Notes under the pieces: generated by a model
What the model was told of the DNA's origin: nothing
The model's database searches: none
The model's input: only the letters and a program-made list of their open reading frames with translations
Program-made: the position numbers and the translations under genes
Assembly: GCA_000091165.1 (NCBI GenBank)
Contig: FP565575.1
Span: 360,001 to 392,000, forward strand
DNA from: Candidatus Methylomirabilis oxygeniifera
GTDB taxonomy: Bacteria; Methylomirabilota; Methylomirabilia; Methylomirabilales; Methylomirabilaceae
DNA: 32,000 nt
Reading direction: 5' to 3'
In this document: piece after piece, positions 17,665-25,486 of the stretch
Layout of the letters: each line of letters opens with the position of its first letter
Numbering within the stretch: the first letter of the stretch is position 1

Positions 17665-20310
17665 ATGGCCAAACAACGTCAGGGAGCACAAGCGAGCGTA
17701 GGTGCACCCAGGCGTCAACGAACTGCGCATTTCCAATTCCTGCCACGCAGAGATGTGCTTCTCATTGCAGACGCAGGCCCGATGGAAATTCCGGCCGGCC
17801 AAGTTTCTTCCAACCAGGTTGGCCGGAAAGCTCTGGGACTGAGTGTGCTGCCAATTGAATGGACGCCGCCATTCTTCGTAGTTTCGGCCCAATGCTTCAA
17901 CCGGCAGATTCCTCTTGATACAGTGAACGATTGGATCTGGGTTTCTCACGCTCGGCTCGCGTTCATGCTCAGCGCACCTCTCATGATTCGTTCGAGTGGA
18001 ACCACTGAAACAATGCGCGATCGAGGCAGTCTTATCTCCGAATTATGCACATCAAGAGACGTTGCGGCATTAGTTGGGCAGTTGCGAGCGAAGACCCCGG
18101 ATTCATCTCGCGCGCAAGTGCACTGGATTGTTCAGCAGTATGTAAAGCCGCAACGAAAAGGTCACCTATCAAACGAGAGGCACGTCAGTAGGGAGCCGCG
18201 CGACTGGGCTATAGAGTTTGAGCCAACAGACGATTGTCAAGGACATGCTGTTTCCATCGGAATCCGAACGTGGCGAGAGGGGCTGGAGCCTTCGTTGGAT
18301 TTGAGCTGCGCCTCTGAGACCGAGATTACCCTTCGGCTCAGAGAAGTCGCGAAGTGGGCACTCCAGTTTTCGTCGCGGATCCACTTCGAGTGGGTTTGGG
18401 ATGGAAAAAGACTGTGGATTGTCCAAGCCGATGCTGCCGAGCTGGCCCTCGGGATAGACCCAACTGCTGTATTGCCTGCCAAAATCCAAATGGCCCAGAT
18501 TGGGCGGCTGCAAGTGTTTCGTCTTGCGAGTGCCAATGACTACAAGCGTTACGGCAAGCTTCGTAACGGAGCTCTCTACAAGAAATTCGGGTATGGCATG
18601 CCTCCGTTCTTTCTTGCCGATGATCGTTCCGCGATTACCGATCTCCTCTCCGGCAAAATCTCTCCAGAGATAGAGCAGGACCTCAAAGAGCTAACAAAGC
18701 GCCCACTAATAATCCGTACCGATGGCGCGAATATCCCGCAAGAAAAACGCGAGATGTTGCCTCGCAGTGATCCGCTTGCAACATTTGACGAAGCCAAGCA
18801 GTGGGTCTTAAATGACTTTAAAATCGAGATTAACAAACTTGAATTGGTGGACCACGGCCTGTGCCTGGTTGCCCATCATTTCATTCCATCAGTGGCCTCA
18901 GCATGGGCGCGGGCCGAGCCGGGGAAACAAATTGTCCGAATCGAGTCGCTCTGGGGAATCCCCGAAGGGCTGTATTGGTATTCTCACGATACTGTTGAAG
19001 TGGACACGCTGGCGGTGAAGCTCAAGCGTTTGAGAACCTTCACCGGATGTTCTTTTGAAGTGTCAGAGCGCTTACGTTACAAAGGGGCGTTTGTTGCTGC
19101 TGACGAAAAGGGCAAATGGGCACCAGCCTCAGTTCGGCCTCCACACGACTGGCGCCTTAGTATCAAGAAGCAAGAATGGCTGTTTGAAATCGCACATACT
19201 ACCAGGCGCATCGCCGAGGCTGAGAAAGATCCTGTGGCCGTGATGTGGTTCGTGGACAACCACCCTGAGGCCACTCGGCATAGAGTGCTGCCGTGGTATC
19301 ACTGCAAGTCAAAACTGATCGGTATTCCCAGAGCCGCACCTCGTCGAAAGATCACCACCGCGAAGGATTTCTACGTCAAGAACGAAGCCGATTGGCACAG
19401 GTTGCAACAGGAGCTACATTCGGGCGCGCGAATTGAGCGGGTCGTAGTGGAACCAGCCGACGCTGCGCTCATTCGAAATCCGACCTTTGCCAGGGAACTC
19501 GCCCAACTTGCCGCAACGCGCAAGTTCGTCATCGTGTTGTCCGGTGGAATACTCTCGCACGCATATTACATGCTCACCAAGAGTGGTGCCCAGGTCGAGT
19601 GCATCGACTTGTTCGGAGTCGATGAGGATCGTGCCGACTACAACAAGATTGTCCGAGACAAGATTCCAGAAATCATAGCGAAGCGCGGGGAGCGAGCCAA
19701 AATCATTCACCTGCGGGGCGACGCGCTGGTTACGGCGTTAAGGCAGAAGTTAGTAGAGGAAGCATTCGAGGCCGTAGACGCTAGGTCAGGAGACGACTTA
19801 GTCGGAGAGCTTGCCGATGTGAGCGAGGTCATTGATGCCTTGTGCCGTGCCCTGAAAGTTTCCGACCCTCATTTGAAAGCGGTCCAACTGGAGAAGCGCC
19901 AAAAGAGAGGAGGATTCGAAAAAGGGATCATGTTAGAGAGAACGACGACGCCCCACTCAATACAGCAATCTGTTTCGGATCTTCCAGAAGACAGGTTGCA
20001 ATTTGCGTTGGAGACGATTCCACCCCAGGTAATCGAGCATCCGGCTGACATTCCCACGGTGCCATTGTACAGGCGTCCAGATCTGCGTCAAGTTGAACAG
20101 CAAATAGAGAAGTTATTCGCTTTCGCGACTGAAATTAATAAACTTGGAAACCTGCTGAAGGCGACTCTTGATTTCACTCTACCGATCAGTCCGGGAATTG
20201 AACGAGAGTTCACTCTAACAGTCGAATTGCGGCGATCAGGCAGCGCGCTACGGGGAAACATTCGAGTACGCTGTATACCATCCCAGCTCCACATCGATTT
20301 TCCTGATTGA
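17665..20310 (+). CDS. 881-aa multidomain protein: PEP-synthase/PPDK-type ATP-grasp, a second related module, a PEP-utilizer swivel phospho-His-like segment, a MazG/PRA-PH-like NTP pyrophosphohydrolase and an unknown C-terminal domain
   Basis: VGRKALGLSVLPIEWTPPFFVV resembles GGKAxNLxxLxxxGxPVPxGFxI. LMIRSSGTTE resembles AVRSSAxxED. HFEWVWDGKRLWIVQAD resembles DIEWAxxxGxLYILQxRP. IESLWGIPEGL resembles the GLGExxV motif. VIVLSGGILSHAYYMLTKSGAQV (His632, 19558-19560) resembles GGxTSHAAIxARxxGxP. YNKIVRDKIPEII...LVEEAFEAVDA...LVGELADVSEVIDAL...KRQKRGGFEKGIML matches the all-alpha NTP-PPase EExxE/ExxD pattern. Confidence 0.75.
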   Translation: MAKQRQGAQASVGAPRRQRTAHFQFLPRRDVLLIADAGPMEIPAGQVSSNQVGRKALGLSVLPIEWTPPFFVVSAQCFNRQIPLDTVNDWIWVSHARLAFMLSAPLMIRSSGTTETMRDRGSLISELCTSRDVAALVGQLRAKTPDSSRAQVHWIVQQYVKPQRKGHLSNERHVSREPRDWAIEFEPTDDCQGHAVSIGIRTWREGLEPSLDLSCASETEITLRLREVAKWALQFSSRIHFEWVWDGKRLWIVQADAAELALGIDPTAVLPAKIQMAQIGRLQVFRLASANDYKRYGKLRNGALYKKFGYGMPPFFLADDRSAITDLLSGKISPEIEQDLKELTKRPLIIRTDGANIPQEKREMLPRSDPLATFDEAKQWVLNDFKIEINKLELVDHGLCLVAHHFIPSVASAWARAEPGKQIVRIESLWGIPEGLYWYSHDTVEVDTLAVKLKRLRTFTGCSFEVSERLRYKGAFVAADEKGKWAPASVRPPHDWRLSIKKQEWLFEIAHTTRRIAEAEKDPVAVMWFVDNHPEATRHRVLPWYHCKSKLIGIPRAAPRRKITTAKDFYVKNEADWHRLQQELHSGARIERVVVEPADAALIRNPTFARELAQLAATRKFVIVLSGGILSHAYYMLTKSGAQVECIDLFGVDEDRADYNKIVRDKIPEIIAKRGERAKIIHLRGDALVTALRQKLVEEAFEAVDARSGDDLVGELADVSEVIDALCRALKVSDPHLKAVQLEKRQKRGGFEKGIMLERTTTPHSIQQSVSDLPEDRLQFALETIPPQVIEHPADIPTVPLYRRPDLRQVEQQIEKLFAFATEINKLGNLLKATLDFTLPISPGIEREFTLTVELRRSGSALRGNIRVRCIPSQLHIDFPD

Positions 20311-20329
20311 TCAGGTTGAATCACCCGCT

Positions 20330-20506
20330 ATGCCTTCAAACTTCGTGGCCCATGCGGAACTCCAGAGTAAAACCGAGCAGTTCTGCTGCGAGGTACTTGC
20401 ATGGCGGAAGCCGCTCTATACATTGGCCGACAACGCGAACGGCCACCTGTTCAGGATGGGCGCTCAACCGTTACGCCCAGACGATGTGTCTCTGTTGCTC
20501 AGATAA
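20330..20506 (+). CDS. 58-aa hypothetical ORF just downstream of the large gene (below the ORF-track cutoff)
   Basis: ATG at 20330, TAA at 20504-20506. Translates to MPSNFVAHAELQSKTEQFCCEVLAWRKPLYTLADNANGHLFRMGAQPLRPDDVSLLLR. I recognise no family, so it may be a gene remnant. Confidence 0.2.
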   Translation: MPSNFVAHAELQSKTEQFCCEVLAWRKPLYTLADNANGHLFRMGAQPLRPDDVSLLLR

Positions 20507-20579
20507 AATGCACGGGAGTCACCCCTTGGGAGCTTAGGGCGAGGCAGCCGGATGGTATTTGTGATAAGGTACATGCTAT

Positions 20580-21104
20580 ATGGATATCCTGTCACACGGG
20601 CTGTGGGGTGGGATTGCGTTCGGACGGACGAACCGGCGGAGTTTCGGTTTAGCGTTTTCGTTCGGTGTTCTCCCGGATCTTGTGCCGTTCGGCCCCTTTC
20701 ATCTCAGCGTTCTGCTCGGGCTTGCTCAGCGTCCGCATTTTGGTCCCGAACCCCCTGATCCGTCCCTCTTCCCGGATTACGTCCATCGCGCGTACAGTGT
20801 CACGCATAGCCTGGTCGTCTTCCTCTTAGCATTCGCGCTCCTGTGGATGGTATTCCGAAAGCCGATCTGGGAGTCCACCGCCTGGGGGCTCCATATCCTC
20901 TTTGACATCTTCACGCATTCTTTCCGATTTTTTCCAACCCCGTTTCTCTGGCCGATTTCGGATTCTAAGGTCAACGGCCTGCACTGGGGAACACCGGAGA
21001 TCTTCTTCTCGAACGTTGCGTGTCTTGTACTGGTCTATACATGGTTCCTGTATCGCCGGTGGAGAACGCGGAAGGATCCAATACGGGCGTTTCTTCGAAA
21101 ATAG
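20580..21104 (+). CDS. Membrane-bound metal-dependent hydrolase, YdjM/DUF457-like
   Basis: MDILSHGLWG start, THSL, and HILFDIFTH...FLWP motifs are spread across hydrophobic helices, as in YdjM-type proteins. Confidence 0.55.
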   Translation: MDILSHGLWGGIAFGRTNRRSFGLAFSFGVLPDLVPFGPFHLSVLLGLAQRPHFGPEPPDPSLFPDYVHRAYSVTHSLVVFLLAFALLWMVFRKPIWESTAWGLHILFDIFTHSFRFFPTPFLWPISDSKVNGLHWGTPEIFFSNVACLVLVYTWFLYRRWRTRKDPIRAFLRK

Positions 21105-21152
21105 TATTCAGCAATCAGCGCTTAGCCGTCTGCTTCAGACAAACCCCCCGGA

Positions 21153-21173
21153 CCCCCCTTTCATAAAGGGGGG
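21153..21173. terminator. GC-rich hairpin (CCCCCCTTT-cat-AAAGGGGGG) 3' of the YdjM-like gene; a related imperfect copy lies at about 21196-21216
   Basis: A perfect 9-bp stem with a 3-nt loop sits 49 nt after the stop. No U-tract follows. It looks like a REP-type palindromic element. Confidence 0.3.
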
Positions 21174-21305
21174 GATACTCATACGTTCCCTTACTTCCCC
21201 ATTTTGTAAAGGGGGATTGACGGGGTTGTATGCGTCGTGGTGCGGCTGTGACCGCATGGAAGGTTGCTTTGGAGGTAGGCTGGAATCTTGGTTGATGGCG
21301 GGTTA

Positions 21306-21614
21306 TCAGAGATCTTCTGGACGAATCGGTGATGCCGCATCCGCGCCGACCACCGTCGTCCACTCTCGAACATGCCATTTCGTCACGACCCCGTGTGCGA
21401 CGTACGGGTCGGCGGCGGCAAATGCCTCGGCCACCGCAGGTGAAGAACCACGGAAGAGCAGCACGACGCCATCCGAGGGATTGGCGAGCGCACCGCCGAG
21501 GATCAGTTCTCCACGCGCAACAGCTCGGTGCGCAAGCTCCAGATGCGCCTTACGAAAGGGCTGTCGCCGCTCAAGGTAATCGGGGGCGACGTCGTAGAAC
21601 AGTAGATAATGCAT
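21306..21614 (-). CDS. YciI-family protein
   Basis: MHYLLFYDVAPDYLERRQPFRKAHLE...GELILGGAL...AFAAADPYVAHGVV fits the YciI-like fold signature. The likely start is the internal ATG (MHYLL) rather than 21665. Confidence 0.75.
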   Translation of the reverse strand: MHYLLFYDVAPDYLERRQPFRKAHLELAHRAVARGELILGGALANPSDGVVLLFRGSSPAVAEAFAAADPYVAHGVVTKWHVREWTTVVGADAASPIRPEDL

Positions 21615-21723
21615 GAGGCATCCTTCCTGTGATGTACCCCTATGAAGATGCACAACCCGCCTCATCCGGGTGGGGTGCTCCGCAAGCTCCGCCTTTTTGA
21701 CTGCGGAAGGTCACATCGAGCTG

Positions 21724-22056
21724 CTATAGAAATTCGATCTGACCATACATTTCCTCCGCATCCAATACCTGATGGATCAACATCAACCCACGAATGATGT
21801 CTGAGACTGGCGTTTGCTGCGGCGCGTACACGATCCCCCTGTGATCCACGCCCGCAGCATGTAAACGCAGGAAGTCGTCGTCCTGTGTGAAGATCACCCG
21901 ACCTTCGTTCCGGGCTCGTCGTACATGCTCCTCATCAGGAGCGCCAAGCATTCCCGCTTCCAGCACCGTGAGTACGTCCACTCCACGTTGGCGCAGCCCC
22001 CGCACCACAGCCTTTGCAACATGCTCATCGGCGCAGAACCTAATCTTCTGCCTCAT
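21724..22056 (-). CDS. DUF5615-family PIN-like putative toxin
   Basis: IRFCADEHV...VVRGLRQRGVDVLTV...VIFTQDDDF pattern. It overlaps the upstream DUF433 gene by 17 nt, giving a typical DUF433/DUF5615 pair. Confidence 0.7.
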   Translation of the reverse strand: MRQKIRFCADEHVAKAVVRGLRQRGVDVLTVLEAGMLGAPDEEHVRRARNEGRVIFTQDDDFLRLHAAGVDHRGIVYAPQQTPVSDIIRGLMLIHQVLDAEEMYGQIEFL

Positions 22057-22351
22057 GCAGCTTCTGCTTCAGCTTCGAGGGGGCGCTCTCCCTCAGAGCC
22101 TCAATGAATGCCTTGCTCTCTTCAATGTCGTGGTCGATCTCTGATCGATGGTCGTAGTAGTAGGCCAGTGCCGCATAGACATCGGCAAGGGTCAAGTCGT
22201 ACTCAGAAACAATCTCATCAACGCTCTTGCCGATCCGCTCATGCCAAATCACAATGTTTTGTACCGTAATGCGATGCCCTGCAATACGAGGCTTCCCGCC
22301 CGCTATTCCAGGGGTCACCTCGATATGTTGGTCTAGCGTTTTCGTAGCCAT
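22040..22351 (-). CDS. DUF433-domain putative antitoxin
   Basis: IEVTPGIAGGKPRIAGHRITVQNIVIWHERIGKSVDEIVSEYDLTLADVYAALAYY is the canonical DUF433 core. Confidence 0.8.
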   Translation of the reverse strand: MATKTLDQHIEVTPGIAGGKPRIAGHRITVQNIVIWHERIGKSVDEIVSEYDLTLADVYAALAYYYDHRSEIDHDIEESKAFIEALRESAPSKLKQKLHEAED

Positions 22352-22548
22352 ACTATTTCTCCCTTACTCATTTTTATGTGTCGCCTAACATGAACTTTTG
22401 CGGATTTCTTCTACCAATGTAAGCAGTCTATTTGATACAAGCGGAGTGTCAAGGTATTTTTGGATGGAAACGCGGCGGCCAGGAAAAGGCTTTCCAGAGC
22501 GACGGCGCAAACTAAGAGAGACCAGCAAGTACCATGACCAATGGAAGT

Positions 22549-22624
22549 TGGTGGAGGGTAGGGGATTCGAACCCCTGGCCTCGGCGTTGCGAACGCCGCG
22601 CTCTCCCAACTGAGCTAACCCCCC
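22549..22624 (-). tRNA. tRNA-Ala (anticodon CGC), CCA encoded
   Basis: The reverse complement folds as a cloverleaf: GGGGGGT-TA-GCTC-AGTTGGGA-GAGC-G-CGGCG-TTCGCAA-CGCCG-AGGCC-AGGGG-TTCGAAT-CCCCT-ACCCTCC-A-CCA. It has the G3:U70 alanine identity pair, anticodon loop TTCGCAA and a TPsiC loop GTTCGAATC. Confidence 0.95.
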
Positions 22625-22722
22625 ATGAAGAGCAGCGTTCAGCGCTCAGCTTTCAGCGTGTGCGGAGTCGGCGGCTGAGCGCGTAGCTTACAGTAGCGGA
22701 AAGCTGTGCGATTGTCCAGCGA

Positions 22723-23463
22723 TTAGAAGATCCCAGCGATCGATTTTGCCAGACCTTCCGTCAAGGAGGGCAACGCCTCTTCCAGCTTCAAATTCACCTG
22801 ATTAGCCGTCGAAGCGATGCGGGTCTGATAGCGCTTCCTTTCCGTCGTGGTTCGGCTGGTCTGTCTGATGGCGGAGCCGCTCCCCTGCTGAAGATGGGAC
22901 TGTACGGTCTGCTCGACCGCCTCTTTGGATTTTTCTGAGATCATCAGGTCGGTGACGATGGTATAGGTGACGTCTTTCACTAAGGAGCCAGCGATCATCT
23001 CCGCCCCGACGCCCACCAAGCCGCCGATGCCCGCGCCATACAGCGCGCCCGAGCCGCCACCTGCGGCGCCTCCGATCAGTGCCCCGCCCAGGGCGCCCGC
23101 GAATGTGCCGCCGTATCCTGCAGCAACGGCTGATCGTAATGCCGACGGATCGGCCTGTCCCACATAGAGGATGTTACCCTGCAAAATATAGAACGCCTCT
23201 TTTGGGTTCGTAGTGACCTTGTAGCCGTTTGTCTGCAGCCTGCTGATGATAAGAGGCCTGATATCAAGCTCTTTATCTGAGGTGTTCTTGATATCGACAA
23301 AGATCGTCCGCTCCGCCTGATTCTCGATATCCAGGAAGATGGTGTCGGACATCTTATTTTCGACCTTGAGGTCTTTCTTTTCCAGGGACACCTGCATCGC
23401 CGCGCAACTGGCCAAGAGGACGCCAATCAGCACCACGCCACTACACTTCAGTATCTTCATCAT
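22723..23463 (-). CDS. traT: TraT-family outer-membrane lipoprotein (surface exclusion / complement resistance protein homologue)
   Basis: Lipobox LLASC after MMKILK. It is colinear with my recollection of F-plasmid TraT (KKDLKVENKMSDTIFL...IKNTSDKEL...NGYKVTTNPKEAFYILQ...VKDVTYTIVTDLMISE...YQTRIASTANQVNLKLEEALPSL...LAKSIAGIF). GGAGGTG RBS lies before the ATG at 23463. Confidence 0.85.
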   Translation of the reverse strand: MMKILKCSGVVLIGVLLASCAAMQVSLEKKDLKVENKMSDTIFLDIENQAERTIFVDIKNTSDKELDIRPLIISRLQTNGYKVTTNPKEAFYILQGNILYVGQADPSALRSAVAAGYGGTFAGALGGALIGGAAGGGSGALYGAGIGGLVGVGAEMIAGSLVKDVTYTIVTDLMISEKSKEAVEQTVQSHLQQGSGSAIRQTSRTTTERKRYQTRIASTANQVNLKLEEALPSLTEGLAKSIAGIF

Positions 23464-23536
23464 CGGGCCGTCACCTCCTGTAAAGAACCTATACGCATGG
23501 GAACGACGACGAACGCTCGCAATGACCCCGCGAAGC

Positions 23537-24163
23537 TTACCTGGACTGGTGAGCAACGCGCAAGAGATCCTCGGTGGTGTAGATCGACTCCAACTCATAC
23601 CCGTTTTTCAGCAGTTCTTCGCGGCCGCCCTCCTGCCGGTCCACAAGCGCCAGCGCCTTGACGATCTGGAAGCCGGCGTGCAGCGCGCCGTCGATCGCCT
23701 TGAGGGTAGAGGCCCCTGTCGTGACGACATCCTCAATAATCACAACTCTCGCGCCCGGCCGCTCGAATCCCTCCACCCATTTCTGGGTGCCATGTCCTTT
23801 CGGCTCCTTTCGGACGCTGAAGGCTTGGATCGGCGTTCCTTGAAGCGCGCTGTGATAGGCGACGGCGTAGGCGATCGGGTCCGCGCCGAGCGTGAGTCCT
23901 CCGACGGCGGTGATCCGTATGTCATCCTTTTGTTCAGTGGCCTTGATCCGCTCGAAGAAGAGCCGGCCGAGGAGCGGCATCGCCTCCGACATGAACGTTG
24001 TCTGCTTACAGTTGATGTAGTAACGGCTCTTTCGGCCGGAGGCCAGGGTAAAGACCGGCTCGGTGCTGTGCTGGAAGGAGTGCTGAACCAGCAGTCTCAG
24101 GAGCTTGTCCTCGCACGCCTTAAGCGGGGATTGGTCTCTTGGGGTATCCACGGGGGTGAGCAT
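23537..24163 (-). CDS. pyrE: Orotate phosphoribosyltransferase
   Basis: FTLASGRKSRYYINCK... and the PRPP-binding loop VVIIEDVVTTGAST. The start was chosen at ATG 24163 (MLTPV). The longer track ORF begins at a TTG overlapping the msrA stop. Confidence 0.88.
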   Translation of the reverse strand: MLTPVDTPRDQSPLKACEDKLLRLLVQHSFQHSTEPVFTLASGRKSRYYINCKQTTFMSEAMPLLGRLFFERIKATEQKDDIRITAVGGLTLGADPIAYAVAYHSALQGTPIQAFSVRKEPKGHGTQKWVEGFERPGARVVIIEDVVTTGASTLKAIDGALHAGFQIVKALALVDRQEGGREELLKNGYELESIYTTEDLLRVAHQSR

Positions 24164-24216
24164 ACACGAGGACAGGTGGGGTTGTCTAGATCGTACAGCG
24201 AGGCTGAGCCTGCTTT

Positions 24217-24657
24217 TCAAAGGTATTGCTGGTGGTATTCCTCTGCCCGGTAAAAGGTCGAGGCCGCTGTGATCTCGGTCACGATCGGCTGCTGATGCTT
24301 TCCGCTGAGCTCCAGCTTTCGTTTAGACGCGACCGCGGCAGTCTGCTGCTCGGCATCGTGAAAGAAGATCGCCGAGCGGTACTGCGCGCCGCGGTCCGGT
24401 CCCTGACGATTCAGGGTAGTTGGGTCGTGAATCGACCAGAAAAGAGCGAGGAGATCGTCGTAGGTGACCTGCGAAGGGTCGTACTCTACCTCGACAACCT
24501 CCGCATGGCCGGTCGTGCCGGAGCACACGTCCCGGTACGTCGGGTTTTCGAAGGTGCCGCCCATGTATCCGACTGCCGTTGAGACGACACCAGGCACCCG
24601 GCGAAATTCGGCTTCGACACCCCAGAAGCAGCCCGCCCCAAACGTGGCCTTTTTCAT
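24217..24657 (-). CDS. msrA: Peptide-methionine (S)-S-oxide reductase MsrA
   Basis: [18 protein letters not shown] catalytic GCFWG motif. ...[12 protein letters not shown]...YHQQYL. Confidence 0.95.
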   Translation of the reverse strand: MKKATFGAGCFWGVEAEFRRVPGVVSTAVGYMGGTFENPTYRDVCSGTTGHAEVVEVEYDPSQVTYDDLLALFWSIHDPTTLNRQGPDRGAQYRSAIFFHDAEQQTAAVASKRKLELSGKHQQPIVTEITAASTFYRAEEYHQQYL

Positions 24658-24670
24658 CGGTTCGCTCTGC

Positions 24671-25486
24671 TTATTGGGTACCCTTCATCCGGTCGGACAA
24701 GAAGATCTTCAAGATGTCGATCGGGAGCGGAAAAACGATGGTGGAGTTTTTCTCTGTGGCGATCTCGGTGAGCGTCTGTAAGTAGCGAAGCTGGATGGTG
24801 ACAGGCTCGGTCGCCATGATCCTGCCCGCCTGCGCCAGCTTTTCGGAGGCGATCAGCTCACCCTCGGCATGGATGATTTTGGCCCGCTTCTCCCGCTCGG
24901 CCTCAGCCTGCTTGGCCATGGCCCGCTGCATCTCGTGCGGGAGGTCCACGAGCTTGATCTCCACGACGGTGACCTTGATCCCCCACGGATCGGTGTGCTG
25001 GTCGATAATCTGTTGAAGCCGTTGGTTGAGCCGCTCTCTCTCGGCAAGCAGTTCGTCCAGCTCCGATTGCCCCAGGACGCTCCTGAGGGTCGTCTGCGCG
25101 ATCTGCGAGGTGGCGAAAAGAAAATTTTCGACCTGGACGATGGCGCGCTGCGGGTCGATCACGCGGAAGTAGATTACGGCGTTCACTTTGACCGACACGT
25201 TGTCCTTGGTAATGACGTCCTGGGAGGGAACGTCCATGGCCACCGTCCGCAGGCTGACCTTCGTCATCCGATCGATCATGGGGATCAGGAGAATCAGTCC
25301 CGGGCCGTTGCCGGTACCGCCCACATTCACGATCGCCTTTGCGAGGCGGCCCAGACGGAAGATCACGGCCCGTTCGTATTCAGGGAGTATGCGGACCGAG
25401 CTGGCAAGGACAAAAAGCGCCAGGATGAGGAGAAAGAGTATCGGGACCAAGCCGAACACAGTTGAGAGAATCTCCAAGGGATTCAT
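24671..25486 (-). CDS. SPFH/band-7 (stomatin-like, slipin) membrane protein
   Basis: N-terminal TM helix followed by [17 protein letters not shown]...[25 protein letters not shown]..., and a coiled-coil [17 protein letters not shown]. It is paired with an NfeD gene. Confidence 0.92.
   Translation of the reverse strand: MNPLEILSTVFGLVPILFLLILALFVLASSVRILPEYERAVIFRLGRLAKAIVNVGGTGNGPGLILLIPMIDRMTKVSLRTVAMDVPSQDVITKDNVSVKVNAVIYFRVIDPQRAIVQVENFLFATSQIAQTTLRSVLGQSELDELLAERERLNQRLQQIIDQHTDPWGIKVTVVEIKLVDLPHEMQRAMAKQAEAEREKRAKIIHAEGELIASEKLAQAGRIMATEPVTIQLRYLQTLTEIATEKNSTIVFPLPIDILKIFLSDRMKGTQ

Noticed and set aside
20902-21579. 225-aa ORF on the plus strand
   Set aside because: It overlaps the 3' end of the YdjM-like gene out of frame, reads through the palindromic elements (the PPFIKGG/SPFCKGG pseudo-peptide), and is antisense to the YciI gene.
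23339-24253. 304-aa ORF on the plus strand
   Set aside because: It is antisense to the TraT 5' end and pyrE, both strongly supported.
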